Positions 16,763-26,793 of a stretch of 50,582 bases of DNA are shown one piece after another. Within the stretch, counting starts at the first letter, position 1. Each line of letters begins with the position of its first letter. The DNA comes from a virus: IMG/VR virus record IMGVR_UViG_3300023235_000014; one strand, 5' to 3'. Below the pieces are notes generated by a model. That model saw only the letters and a program-made list of their open reading frames with translations. It was not told the origin of the DNA and made no database searches. Both the position numbers and the translations under genes were made by a program.

Positions 16763-17185
16763 TTAGGCCACCTTTGTACAAACCTTGTGGGGAACAAGGA
16801 TCATCTTGTCCTTGACCATGATGAAGCAGTAAATGGCGTAGCCAGGTTCCAACTCAGGATTCTTCTGTAGTTCTTCCTCGGTGGGCAGTGACTCGATCCA
16901 AAACTGTGACAAGACCATGCCGTGGGACCCGCTCTCGAAGTGTACCTGCTCAGTAGCTTCGGCAAATCGGCTAGGAGCCTCGGAACCATCTGGATAAATA
17001 TCCTCAGACCCCAGGATCATGCCGTGTTGACCCATTAGCCAGTCAACAATGGCCTGTTTGGAAAATGCGGCAGCTGACACCTGACTCTGTTTGCTTCGTA
17101 CCTGCTTGGCATTGCCCTGAAGGTACACTGTCTGACCCACAGGCCAAAGGTGCGGCTTCCTCGGATCATCAATTTCTCTAGCCAT
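16763..17185 (-). CDS. Hypothetical protein (140 aa)
   Basis: ORF with a promoter-like element upstream. Confidence 0.45.
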   Translation of the reverse strand: MAREIDDPRKPHLWPVGQTVYLQGNAKQVRSKQSQVSAAAFSKQAIVDWLMGQHGMILGSEDIYPDGSEAPSRFAEATEQVHFESGSHGMVLSQFWIESLPTEEELQKNPELEPGYAIYCFIMVKDKMILVPHKVCTKVA

Positions 17186-17221
17186 TCTCGTCGTTCCAGT
17201 CTGTTTTAGAAAGTGCTATAT

Positions 17222-17256
17222 CACTATAACCTAATGCTCGGTACCAAGTGAACCCT
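17222..17256 (-). promoter_or_regulatory. Promoter-like element AAGGGTTCACT-N18-TATAGT in the divergent intergenic region
   Basis: Minus strand reads AAAAGGGTTCACTTGGTACCGAGCATTAGGTTATAGTG. Confidence 0.45.
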
Positions 17257-17399
17257 TTTCTGTTAATGGCAGTTTTGGCCGACAAATAACTTTCTTGACC
17301 CATCCTTATAATATTGTTCGATCATATTAGTACAGATAGGTTAGGTTATCATTGAAAGTTAGCCTAAACTCTACTTACTGACAGACGGTGAATCTATAG

Positions 17400-19841
17400 A
17401 TGAGAGCACGAATCAAAAGAACTGCGAATATCATGCAAGTCCCAAGCGAGTTTGCCAAACTGGAAAAAATTACCCAGGGTGGTGAGTTTGTTTACAAAGT
17501 CAAATTCAGGATTGACCCAGTCAAGGCTGCGAGGGCCAAGGCATTCAAAGTTCGTATCTCAGCTGCTGAGCAGCCTGAGGTAAAGAAGACCTTTCGGACC
17601 TTTACCAATTTCAATGCCGAACTTATCACCAAACGCTTGTTAGCACGTCCAGCGGCGCTCAAGGACATTGCTCGGCAAAGGGATAGCGCTAGGTTTTTTA
17701 CCTATTTGTCGGATATCACTAAACGAATTCCAAATAGCCGAACCATACACCTGTCGAAAGGCGTTTTCACAGCGCCCCAGATCGCTACGAAGGTTCGACG
17801 AATACGTCCTGCACTAGCAAGTGATTTAACAGATAGAAACTTACGTCTACCAGTTCTAGACCAAAACCTAAATCGTAACATCGATTCAGATAGAACAGTC
17901 TCAACTCGGCTGATTCGTTCTTCAGCCACAAGGTTGCTTTTTGGCTGCAAGTGTGACCCAGCAAGCTTCGTTGGTGCTCGTACAAACGTTATTCGTTCTG
18001 CGGTTAGAGCCTCTGCTGGAACCGTCTCGAAAAAGACTCCGTCAAATCAGTCCAGGCTTGCCCCAGGGAGACTGTTGGTCGGGTCTCTTTTGAATAACCG
18101 ACGGTACTCCAATCAGGCTCAAGTCAATTCATCACGTTTTCTCAACACAATCGTCCGTGAAGAGTCTTCCTGGATCGAAATTGAAGAAGAGCTGCGCATT
18201 CCCATCGGCGACCTTGATGAGGACGAGTTCTACTATATTTTTGAACTGGTCGATATGCGGAATATTCGTGTTCAAACTATCACACGTGCTGTGCCTCACA
18301 GCAAAAATGTATCCCAACTTCAAATTCCAACAAAGGCTCCAACCGTTTCTGCTGTCCCCATTGGGAAACTCGGTAAAACTGTTTTGAATATTAAACAGAA
18401 CGACCTCAATGCAACATCCGTCAACATCTACAGACGTGATGTCAAAAAAGCTGTACCAAATATCGATGCACAGTATGACCTAGTAGGTTCCCTTGATATT
18501 GAACAAGGATATGGTTTCAGAAAAATAGAAGACGTGTACGCATCTACCAATCCTATCATCTACCGTGTTGTGCCAGTAAACTCAAATGGTATTCTAGGCG
18601 CTGAATTCGACTCTGTCGTCGTTCAACAACAAAGAGGGAACTTGGCCTCTAGAACTAACTTTTTCCGACGAACCTATTACGTTTCAGTTACACACGAAAT
18701 TTTGGATAGCTCTATCGTCATTTCAGTCTCTGATGTTCCTTCAGGGCCTATCGCCGTTAGTTTACAACGCAAGGATAAGACGATAAACCAAAGGACGTTT
18801 ACGAGCATCGGTGACATCACACTAGTAGATGAAGATTCTAACGCTCCTATTGTATTTGAGGATTCCTCGGTTAAGGAAGACCGCATCTATGAGTACCGTG
18901 TAATTCTATTGTTCATTGATGGAGCTTCGGAGATAGCAGCAAATAACCTTATCATCGAATTTTGCCCTATCGCTAACAACATTCTGAGTTTGGAGGTCAC
19001 CGAGCCAGAGGTGGAGGAATCAGGAGATGACGTTGATGTCATCTTCAATATAACAAAAAATGTAATCCAGGGGGACGCAGATTTAGTTAAAACTTTCCTA
19101 GGTGAGCAGGGATTTACATCGGAATACCAAGACCAGCTGCTGGCCAACCGTAACTTGCTTCAAGATTTGTTTGCTGTCAGAATTACCAGAACCAACCTGG
19201 GCACTGGTGAATTGGAAGATTTTGGCATTATTGATAGTGCAGATTTCTCAGACAAGAAATTCGGGAGAGTTAAAGGAGTAAAACCTTTGCAGGGTGGGTT
19301 TGGTTATAACTACAATATCACAGCTCACGCCCGAGAAACGGACACACTCTTTGAAACCTTATCTAGAACAATTACTCCACGAACAAATGTCAGTTACTCA
19401 TTTGCACCAGCTAAGTGGAAACACCCATTGGCTCTGCTCAGGGGCAATCTCTCTAGTCAATCTTCTCGACTAAGAAACCACTCAAAGAGTACCTTTACTT
19501 TTGGTCGGGTTGTTGATACACAAAATGTAGTTGTATCTTTAGCTGACATAATTCCTTCTTTGACCGAGGGCAAGATCAGCCAGTTTGGAGAGAGTAATAT
19601 TTTTATCCAATGGAAAGTTCAGGGTAATGTCAATAAGATAGACCATTTCATAGTTATCCTTGACGTTCTTGGCATTCGAACTGTTGTTGGCAAATCACAC
19701 AACATCACGAATTCCAACTACTTCCAATTTGTAGATGAACTTACAAACCAAGAGTGTGGAGAATTGACCTACTACATTGTTCCTGTGATGTTCGACTATA
19801 GTCGGGGTCCAGAACTCAAAACAAACTCGGTGGTAATTTAA
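17400..19841 (+). CDS. Large protein (813 aa), probable virion structural protein
   Basis: Long ORF. First of a co-directional run of giant ORFs joined by TAATG junctions. Confidence 0.6.
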   Translation: MRARIKRTANIMQVPSEFAKLEKITQGGEFVYKVKFRIDPVKAARAKAFKVRISAAEQPEVKKTFRTFTNFNAELITKRLLARPAALKDIARQRDSARFFTYLSDITKRIPNSRTIHLSKGVFTAPQIATKVRRIRPALASDLTDRNLRLPVLDQNLNRNIDSDRTVSTRLIRSSATRLLFGCKCDPASFVGARTNVIRSAVRASAGTVSKKTPSNQSRLAPGRLLVGSLLNNRRYSNQAQVNSSRFLNTIVREESSWIEIEEELRIPIGDLDEDEFYYIFELVDMRNIRVQTITRAVPHSKNVSQLQIPTKAPTVSAVPIGKLGKTVLNIKQNDLNATSVNIYRRDVKKAVPNIDAQYDLVGSLDIEQGYGFRKIEDVYASTNPIIYRVVPVNSNGILGAEFDSVVVQQQRGNLASRTNFFRRTYYVSVTHEILDSSIVISVSDVPSGPIAVSLQRKDKTINQRTFTSIGDITLVDEDSNAPIVFEDSSVKEDRIYEYRVILLFIDGASEIAANNLIIEFCPIANNILSLEVTEPEVEESGDDVDVIFNITKNVIQGDADLVKTFLGEQGFTSEYQDQLLANRNLLQDLFAVRITRTNLGTGELEDFGIIDSADFSDKKFGRVKGVKPLQGGFGYNYNITAHARETDTLFETLSRTITPRTNVSYSFAPAKWKHPLALLRGNLSSQSSRLRNHSKSTFTFGRVVDTQNVVVSLADIIPSLTEGKISQFGESNIFIQWKVQGNVNKIDHFIVILDVLGIRTVVGKSHNITNSNYFQFVDELTNQECGELTYYIVPVMFDYSRGPELKTNSVVI

Positions 19842-22800
19842 TGGCACGTAGAAAGCGCAGAACCAAGTCAACTGGGACGGCAGCCGTGCTCGGACGTTTG
19901 TCAACCCAGGCGGTTGTACCTACAAGTACAAGCAGAAGAACGTCAACTCGGACGAGTTCGGCTTCGACCTCAGTTTCAAGGGTGGGAACCAAAAGGCCAG
20001 CTGTAACAGCTGTCTTTCCTCGGTCCAGTCCCAGGGGCACGTCGCCGCTTACTCTTCGACAACTGCCTGTAACGAACAATCTGAATATTAGTGGGGTCGC
20101 CGACCTTCGTCGGTTAACTCGCACCATAAGATTGCCACAATTCAAACTTCAGCTTCCGCTGTTGAAGCGACCCCCTGCCGAGAAATACTCTGAGGATGTT
20201 CTAGATGTGTCTGAAACTCGTCTCGCAAACTCACAATTCGTTCCACTTGAACGTAATGGCATTTCTGCATTTCGCCCTGAAATAATCCAAATAACAGACT
20301 TCCTGCCTGTATGGAAGGATAGGTCACAAGCACGTTACCTTAAGGATTTCTCACCTGCTGGCAAACTCATTGACACTCAATACAATGCACTGTGGCTCCG
20401 ACGTGACACATTGGTCGGTCTTCTGGAAGGCATGTCCAAAGACAACAACCAAAGAACAGCGGAAATTTTGTCAGGGATTCGCAACCGATGGCAGAGCAAT
20501 TTGGGACGAACTGACAGAACTATAGAGTGGTATGGTCAAATCCTTGATAAGGTTGAAGTGATTAAAAAGCTGCTTGATCTCAAGGACATTCCTAGGTCGG
20601 ACTTTGACAAGCACCTTCTCCCATTGGATGACTTTTTTGACCGCCGAATGCAGCTCTCAAAAGATAAGCTCGACGCCTTTTCTGATACCAAAATCATCCT
20701 TCAACTGCTTGCTGATTTCAAGGAAATTTCTGAAAACTACTCGGTCAACCTGCTTGACCTAGAAGACAGCGATCGAGTCAATGATTTTGACCCAGTTAGC
20801 ATCGACACCACCTACACACTGAATGATGGGTTTTCATTCACGATTGACCAAATACGTTCAAGGAACTTAGCAGCGAATGCAGCTCAGCGTTCCTTTTTCA
20901 ACACCTTCTTGAACTCGTTACCAAATGATCCTGATGATAGACTTCGTTTGCTGTTGACAATAATCAGCAAAGAATACCGCATTTCTAGAAGTCTTGGTAT
21001 CCCTAAAATTAAAAGAAAATTACAGGATGTCTTTGCAAGCGGAGATACAGGCTCACCTTTTGACAACATAATCGGCATTCCTGGAACTGATATATTTGAG
21101 CAGCCGCTCGGGGACAGATCACTATCTTCTTTGTTTGTACAACCCTTATCAGAAAACTCGGTCGTGCTTCCACTTGAGAAGAAATACGTTGATGCGAGTG
21201 ACAGCAAAAAGACATTCATTCCTGGGAGTGGCTTTTTTGTCGACTCCGTGCTCCAGATCACTGATGGCCGATTCAACACACAACCTTACGTGAATTTTGC
21301 TAACCAGGTTTCCAGCCGAATCAACGAAGCAAGCAATCTCATCTCTGAGATGTTCAGTCTCAATAAGCAAGGAACTTTAAACGCTGACCCGCTCGTGGAC
21401 CTTGTTTATACTTCTTTCAGGGATGCCACTGTTGGCATGATTGATCTAAACAGCTTGAATCGTGACCAGGCAGTAATCACTGCTATCTTTAAACTGGCTA
21501 ACACAGACAACGAACTCAAAAGTAAGTTATTCCAATTCTGTATGCTTTCGGGCCTTGCAAGCACCTCACCTAACGATCAAAAGCCTGTGTTTCAGGAGCT
21601 TGCTCGTGAATTTGGGAATATCCGTTCCTTCCCTAATGTAAATGTTTCCAAGCGAAGGAACCCAAGGCTGGGCGGCGGGATCCGTACTTTACGACCATAC
21701 CTGCAACGCCTAGCGGCGGACATAGAAAATCGAGTTATTGCCCTGACAACTTCTGCTCCCAAGTTTAACCTTGGTCTAGTCCTAAGAGCCAGTCCAGATT
21801 ATACCAGGTTCAGAGCAACCAAGTCTCCGAGAGACATCAACCTTTCAGCCCATGCGAGACTTTCCGTTAACGCTTTGACCTTCAACCAAACTACTATCAA
21901 CATCCCTCGTTACACCATCCGTAAAATTCTGATGAGCAACGTGGATCCGAAATCTGCAACCTCAACAAATCTTATTAAACAATTTGTAGATATCGCAAAT
22001 TCACTTACGCAAGCCGCAACTCACAACGGAGAATCCGTTCACCTCCTTGACGATCAATCGGGCCGCACTCGGTTCAACTTCCTTAGCACAAGTACCCAGC
22101 TTTTGATCATTTTTGAAATCCTTGCAAGCATGACATCCAAATACAGTTTTTCGAGCTTTGGTAGATCAAGAAGTATTTTTAGCACCTTCATCACAATCGA
22201 TGCACAAAAAAGCGATTTCGTTGTTAAATCAATCAACGACGTCATTACGGTCCGACCTATTCAATTTTCACCTGCGCTACTCAGACGTTCCACTACTCGT
22301 CTTCCACGTGCAGCGCTGACAACACTCGCATCCAAAAACTCAAAGACATCGACTGCATTTAGTAGGTTACTCACTCCGACTCTTACCAGGATTATGCGTT
22401 CAGGAGATTCCACAGCGAACACTAGTAAGACAGCCATGGCTGCGAGCACGCTTAGCTTCTTGACCGACAACAACAGTCGGACTTCAGGCAATACGAAAAC
22501 GCTGGTTAATAGGAACCTAGGCTCAGCTTTCCTTGGGACCCGCCTTATTCAGAAATTGGGGCCTGCAAATATTGAAGCTCTGTCATTCTCACGTGACACA
22601 ATCAACCTCAAAAACAACCTGAAGGCGACAAAAAACAAGGTGGTTACTGAGGATAAGATTATTGAAAATATCCTCAACATCCTTTCAGTTGTTGAAGGTC
22701 GAATTCGAAGCGGAAAAAGGAGTATGGTAAACTTCTTCTCTCCAGAATTCCTAAATAACTTCCTTACAGAAAACTCGATTGAGGACTTGGCTATTGCTCG

Positions 22801-23935
22801 AAACCCATCTCAGGTCCGTACAGCCGCCTTCATCCAACGTGAAGCCAGGAATCGCTCTCGCAATTTTGCTGAAACTGATCAGGCAGCCCAAACAGGCCTG
22901 GGCCGTGCCTTGGGTTTGGGGCGTGCAGAGAATGCTCTTGTGGATGATGAAATCATATTTCCGTCAACCAGGAACGCACTAATTTCTTTGTTGTCTGAGC
23001 CCAAATATCTCTTGGGGTCAAATGCTGATCTTAGAACCAAGATTATTTCCGTTGGAATCCCATCTGGTTTTTCCCAGCAGCTAGCAGACCGAATTGAGCG
23101 CATGGACATAAACCAAAGAAGCTTCAAAGACAAACAGTTCGATGTCGTGGCAATTAAGCTTTACAAGCGTGACCAACGTTTTGAGGATATTATCTTTAAA
23201 CCAAAGACATTCCTGTTCGACCTCAGCTTGTTTCAGGAAGAAAACCTAGAACTTACTCAGGCAAATAAAGGTGAGGCCTGGTCGAAGATTGTACAGCGAA
23301 ACAAAATTCTTGACCTTGGCATTGTCTCAAACCCTAAGACTCGTTCCTGGAACAACATTGCTGACGATGATGGGTATGACTTTTTATCTCTTGGACAGAA
23401 GCGTGAACTCATAGAAAATCATACTGCTGATGGGCTGCTAGGCCTGTATATGAGATTGCTAACAGGCATGCGTATTGACGAAGCTACTTTTGCCAAGAAC
23501 AAGATTGAACCTGGTACGACCTTTAGCGAAGAATTGAACAATCTTGTCTTTACCTATTTGCGAGACACCCTCAAAAAGAAGGTGCCTAATCAGCCAATTC
23601 CTGACTTGCTCGCCAACAACAACGTGGACGATGAAACAAAAGATGTTTTGAGGCTCTTGACTTATGGTAACGCTGTATTTGAGCCCGAAGTTCTTCGCTC
23701 CAAAGTTACAAGCCCTAAAATGTTTGATCGAGTTTTTCATCTCGCATTCAATACAGAAGATTTCGAAATTGATGAGGAAGAGACACTAGATTCAGAGAGC
23801 GGCAAACTCACATTCCAAAAATCCGTTGTTCAAGAACGCATTGTGAATCAAAACGGTATTCTGTACTTACGCCCAAAGACCAGAAACGAACTTGTATTTG
23901 AAGACTACTTTGTAGTCGTGGAGAACTCAATATAA
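19841..23935 (+). CDS. Giant protein (1364 aa) with an Arg/Ser/Thr-rich N-terminal 80 aa, probable virion protein
   Basis: Start ATG overlaps the upstream stop (TAATG). No recognisable catalytic motif. Confidence 0.6.
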   Translation: MARRKRRTKSTGTAAVLGRLSTQAVVPTSTSRRTSTRTSSASTSVSRVGTKRPAVTAVFPRSSPRGTSPLTLRQLPVTNNLNISGVADLRRLTRTIRLPQFKLQLPLLKRPPAEKYSEDVLDVSETRLANSQFVPLERNGISAFRPEIIQITDFLPVWKDRSQARYLKDFSPAGKLIDTQYNALWLRRDTLVGLLEGMSKDNNQRTAEILSGIRNRWQSNLGRTDRTIEWYGQILDKVEVIKKLLDLKDIPRSDFDKHLLPLDDFFDRRMQLSKDKLDAFSDTKIILQLLADFKEISENYSVNLLDLEDSDRVNDFDPVSIDTTYTLNDGFSFTIDQIRSRNLAANAAQRSFFNTFLNSLPNDPDDRLRLLLTIISKEYRISRSLGIPKIKRKLQDVFASGDTGSPFDNIIGIPGTDIFEQPLGDRSLSSLFVQPLSENSVVLPLEKKYVDASDSKKTFIPGSGFFVDSVLQITDGRFNTQPYVNFANQVSSRINEASNLISEMFSLNKQGTLNADPLVDLVYTSFRDATVGMIDLNSLNRDQAVITAIFKLANTDNELKSKLFQFCMLSGLASTSPNDQKPVFQELAREFGNIRSFPNVNVSKRRNPRLGGGIRTLRPYLQRLAADIENRVIALTTSAPKFNLGLVLRASPDYTRFRATKSPRDINLSAHARLSVNALTFNQTTINIPRYTIRKILMSNVDPKSATSTNLIKQFVDIANSLTQAATHNGESVHLLDDQSGRTRFNFLSTSTQLLIIFEILASMTSKYSFSSFGRSRSIFSTFITIDAQKSDFVVKSINDVITVRPIQFSPALLRRSTTRLPRAALTTLASKNSKTSTAFSRLLTPTLTRIMRSGDSTANTSKTAMAASTLSFLTDNNSRTSGNTKTLVNRNLGSAFLGTRLIQKLGPANIEALSFSRDTINLKNNLKATKNKVVTEDKIIENILNILSVVEGRIRSGKRSMVNFFSPEFLNNFLTENSIEDLAIARNPSQVRTAAFIQREARNRSRNFAETDQAAQTGLGRALGLGRAENALVDDEIIFPSTRNALISLLSEPKYLLGSNADLRTKIISVGIPSGFSQQLADRIERMDINQRSFKDKQFDVVAIKLYKRDQRFEDIIFKPKTFLFDLSLFQEENLELTQANKGEAWSKIVQRNKILDLGIVSNPKTRSWNNIADDDGYDFLSLGQKRELIENHTADGLLGLYMRLLTGMRIDEATFAKNKIEPGTTFSEELNNLVFTYLRDTLKKKVPNQPIPDLLANNNVDDETKDVLRLLTYGNAVFEPEVLRSKVTSPKMFDRVFHLAFNTEDFEIDEEETLDSESGKLTFQKSVVQERIVNQNGILYLRPKTRNELVFEDYFVVVENSI

Positions 23936-25743
23936 TGGCCCAGTCCCTTCCTTCAAAGCGTATCGCATACGTGGACGTTCCAGAGGTTAAAACCTTTGAT
24001 GCGTCGTTTGTCTATGGCTTCTTTGAGGCTGATGAGAGAGTTAGCGATTCAGAACTTGAATCACCAGAATTTATCCGCAACCGCTCAGCAGGAGGATTCG
24101 ACAATTCCTTTATCGATTCAATTAATTTCCGACGTTTTACCCCGAGGTTTGTACGTTTTTCTTGGACTCCAACAGTTGACCAAAGCAGACTTGGAAGTAT
24201 AGAAAACCCGACAATAAACAACGTGAGTATTCAGTCCAACTTGAAGAAGATCCACAATGAACAAACTTTCGTTACAGATGAGTACACCAATGTCTATCTT
24301 CAGGATAACGGCGCCGACGAGAAAATGGACTTTTTCTTAAATCGTTTACTTCAGGAAGTAAGAGACCACCAGAATCCAAACGATGAAGAATCCCCAATTG
24401 ACATTCTGCGATTTTTGAGAACCAAAACAAATCGCAGAATTGACACAAGGTTTTTAACCAACACCTTCTTTACGATGTCGGAAAACGGATACACCTTCCT
24501 GGATAGTCGTGGTCGTGAGAAGGTGGTAGAGAGTTTAACCGATGAAATATCTCAAGTTCGAGTCAGAACCCAACTAAACAATAAGGTCGCTGCGACGCTG
24601 CTGAAAACTACGCAGGAGAACACAATCAATATTTTTGATGACGAAGCTAGTCAGCTACTAGAAAGTGCCAACCAAATACAGCAAGAGGCAACCTCCCAGA
24701 AGAACTCTACCATCTTAGATGGCCGTGATTACGACTTCGAAGTCCTGGAATTCCTTGACTACCGTGAAGTAGACCCAAATGCTTTTGACCCAACCGTTCA
24801 GGTTATTGGTTATGTGGTTGATAAAATTGAATACCTGGCCGATGGTGGGTCCGTCGACCACGACCCAATTATTGTTGAAAATCCAAGAGCAAATGCTGCT
24901 GTTGATCTTCGGGTGAGATATGGAACCACCTATGGCTACACTATCCGCACTATTGCGTTTGTGGAACTTCAAGTTGAAGACACGGACTCAAATTCAGTCG
25001 TTGCAATCAGCTTCCTCATTTCTTCTAAGCCAACTAAGAGGGTCTTGGTACGCACCGAAGAAAGTGTAGCCCCGCCCCCACCGTGTGACTTCAATGTAAA
25101 TTGGTGTTATACCAGTCAGGCTGCCAGGCTTATGTGGAACTTTCCTGTAAATCCGCAAAGAGACATCAAGAAATTCCAGGTCTTTAGACGGTCTTCTATT
25201 CTAGAACCATTCCAACTAATTCGTGAGTTCGATTTCGATAACTCTGTTGTTAAATCGCCAGCCAGGGAATTCCCAGACCCACAGCTCATAATAAAACTTT
25301 CTTCGCCCCAGTCATATTACATCGATAAGGAGTTCGACAAGGATTCCAGGTACATATACGCAGTTGCGGCTGTTGATGCACACGGATTTACTTCTGGTTA
25401 TAGCATACAATTTGAAGCATCCTTCAACAGGTACACAAACAAGATCGAGAAGAAGCTGATCTCACTAACGGGTGCCCCGAAAGCTTACCCCAATGCCTTC
25501 CTTCAGGAGGATACATTCGTTGATTCAATTCGTGATTCAGGGCACAAGAAGGTCAAAGTTTACTTTAACCCAGAATATCTGAATGTCATTGACTCACAAA
25601 ACAACGATCTCGGCCTACTTAAAACGGACCGTGGTGCTGATTACCGATTGCAGCTGATAAACATCGATCTACAACAACAACAAGTTGTCAAAATTAAGTT
25701 ACAAGACAAAAGAACAACTACAGAGAAGAATAATGAAGAGTAA
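23935..25743 (+). CDS. Large protein (602 aa), probable virion protein
   Basis: TAATG coupling to the upstream gene. Contains a PPPPCDFNVNW segment. Confidence 0.55.
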   Translation: MAQSLPSKRIAYVDVPEVKTFDASFVYGFFEADERVSDSELESPEFIRNRSAGGFDNSFIDSINFRRFTPRFVRFSWTPTVDQSRLGSIENPTINNVSIQSNLKKIHNEQTFVTDEYTNVYLQDNGADEKMDFFLNRLLQEVRDHQNPNDEESPIDILRFLRTKTNRRIDTRFLTNTFFTMSENGYTFLDSRGREKVVESLTDEISQVRVRTQLNNKVAATLLKTTQENTINIFDDEASQLLESANQIQQEATSQKNSTILDGRDYDFEVLEFLDYREVDPNAFDPTVQVIGYVVDKIEYLADGGSVDHDPIIVENPRANAAVDLRVRYGTTYGYTIRTIAFVELQVEDTDSNSVVAISFLISSKPTKRVLVRTEESVAPPPPCDFNVNWCYTSQAARLMWNFPVNPQRDIKKFQVFRRSSILEPFQLIREFDFDNSVVKSPAREFPDPQLIIKLSSPQSYYIDKEFDKDSRYIYAVAAVDAHGFTSGYSIQFEASFNRYTNKIEKKLISLTGAPKAYPNAFLQEDTFVDSIRDSGHKKVKVYFNPEYLNVIDSQNNDLGLLKTDRGADYRLQLINIDLQQQQVVKIKLQDKRTTTEKNNEE

Positions 25744-25807
25744 GAACAGTCAAAGAGTTCGGCACGCTTCCAGCCAAAGAATTTATTAACAGGCTTAGGG
25801 TAAGATA

Positions 25808-26521
25808 ATGGGATTTCTACAGAACGATACAAACAACATCATTTTAGACGCTGTTTTAACAGACAAGGGCCGTGAGTTCTTGGCCAGAAACGATGGCAGT
25901 TTTTCTATCGTCAAATTCTCCCCTGGAGATGACGAGATAGATTATACGATCATTCAGAAATTCGGCCGAACAGTCGGCAAAGAGAAGCTGGAAAAGAACA
26001 CACCAATTTTTGAAGCATTGACCAACCAAGGCCTCGCCCAAAAATATAGAATGATCAGTGTGTCCAATCCGAGCTTGATCCGCCTGCCAACCCTGTCCCT
26101 GACAGGTGAAGGTGTTACTGCAACTACCAACGTCGTCTCTATTGGCAGCACTACCGTCAAACGACGAAACCTCACCGTTGCTCAAGACATTCAGGATGAA
26201 AACTCCATTGACGTAGAGCTGAGAGACCAGGCTTTCATTGTGGAAATGAACAATCAGTTCCTACAGGTGCTCGGCTCCACTCCAGAAGATATCGATGGTC
26301 AGCAGAGAGCAACTTACTTGTTAACTCGTGATGCTGTTGAAACCGCTGTTGGCGGTTCACGGCTCTCTTTCACTCTTGCAACCAAGGCGATAACAGAATC
26401 GCAGTTCCAAATTTACGGAGCAACATTCAACAAGAGCTTGATCAGCACCTTTGTTAAAATCTCAGGTGTGCAGTCAGGCGCTGTATACGAATTTGAGACA
26501 CAAATCTCAAAGAACACATGA
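25808..26521 (+). CDS. Hypothetical protein (237 aa) beginning MGFLQN
   Basis: ORF. The N-terminal MGFLQN matches the repeat core of the 37552..38682 protein. Confidence 0.5.
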   Translation: MGFLQNDTNNIILDAVLTDKGREFLARNDGSFSIVKFSPGDDEIDYTIIQKFGRTVGKEKLEKNTPIFEALTNQGLAQKYRMISVSNPSLIRLPTLSLTGEGVTATTNVVSIGSTTVKRRNLTVAQDIQDENSIDVELRDQAFIVEMNNQFLQVLGSTPEDIDGQQRATYLLTRDAVETAVGGSRLSFTLATKAITESQFQIYGATFNKSLISTFVKISGVQSGAVYEFETQISKNT

Positions 26522-26529
26522 TCTAATAC

Positions 26530-26783
26530 TTTTTATGCAAAACACATCCATAGAAGAGTTCACTAAGAAATTTTGCGGTGCTACACATGTGCAACTAAAT
26601 GTTAATCATATTAAGCCCTTTGCTTTAATCGTACATCGCAATAAGTTGAAATCAACACACGAAGCGCAAAGCTGTGAGGCGCTTTGGGATATTAAAAATG
26701 GTAGAACATTGTGTGAACAATGTCACAGGGCAACTACAACGTATGGTCTGCCTTTAATTAACCAACAGCAAATAAGCAAGTAG
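26530..26783 (+). pseudogene. 3' remnant of an HNH homing endonuclease gene (HNH domain only)
   Basis: Encodes ...KFCGATHVQLNVNHIKPFALIVHRNKLKSTHEAQSCEALWDIKNGRTLCEQCHRATT. This is homologous to the C-terminus of the intact HNH at 31016..31795 (CCLNADHIKPFALI...LWDIKNGRTLCVECHKTT) at both protein and nucleotide level. The HTH and NUMOD parts are missing. Confidence 0.7.
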
Positions 26784-26793
26784 AAGGTATATT

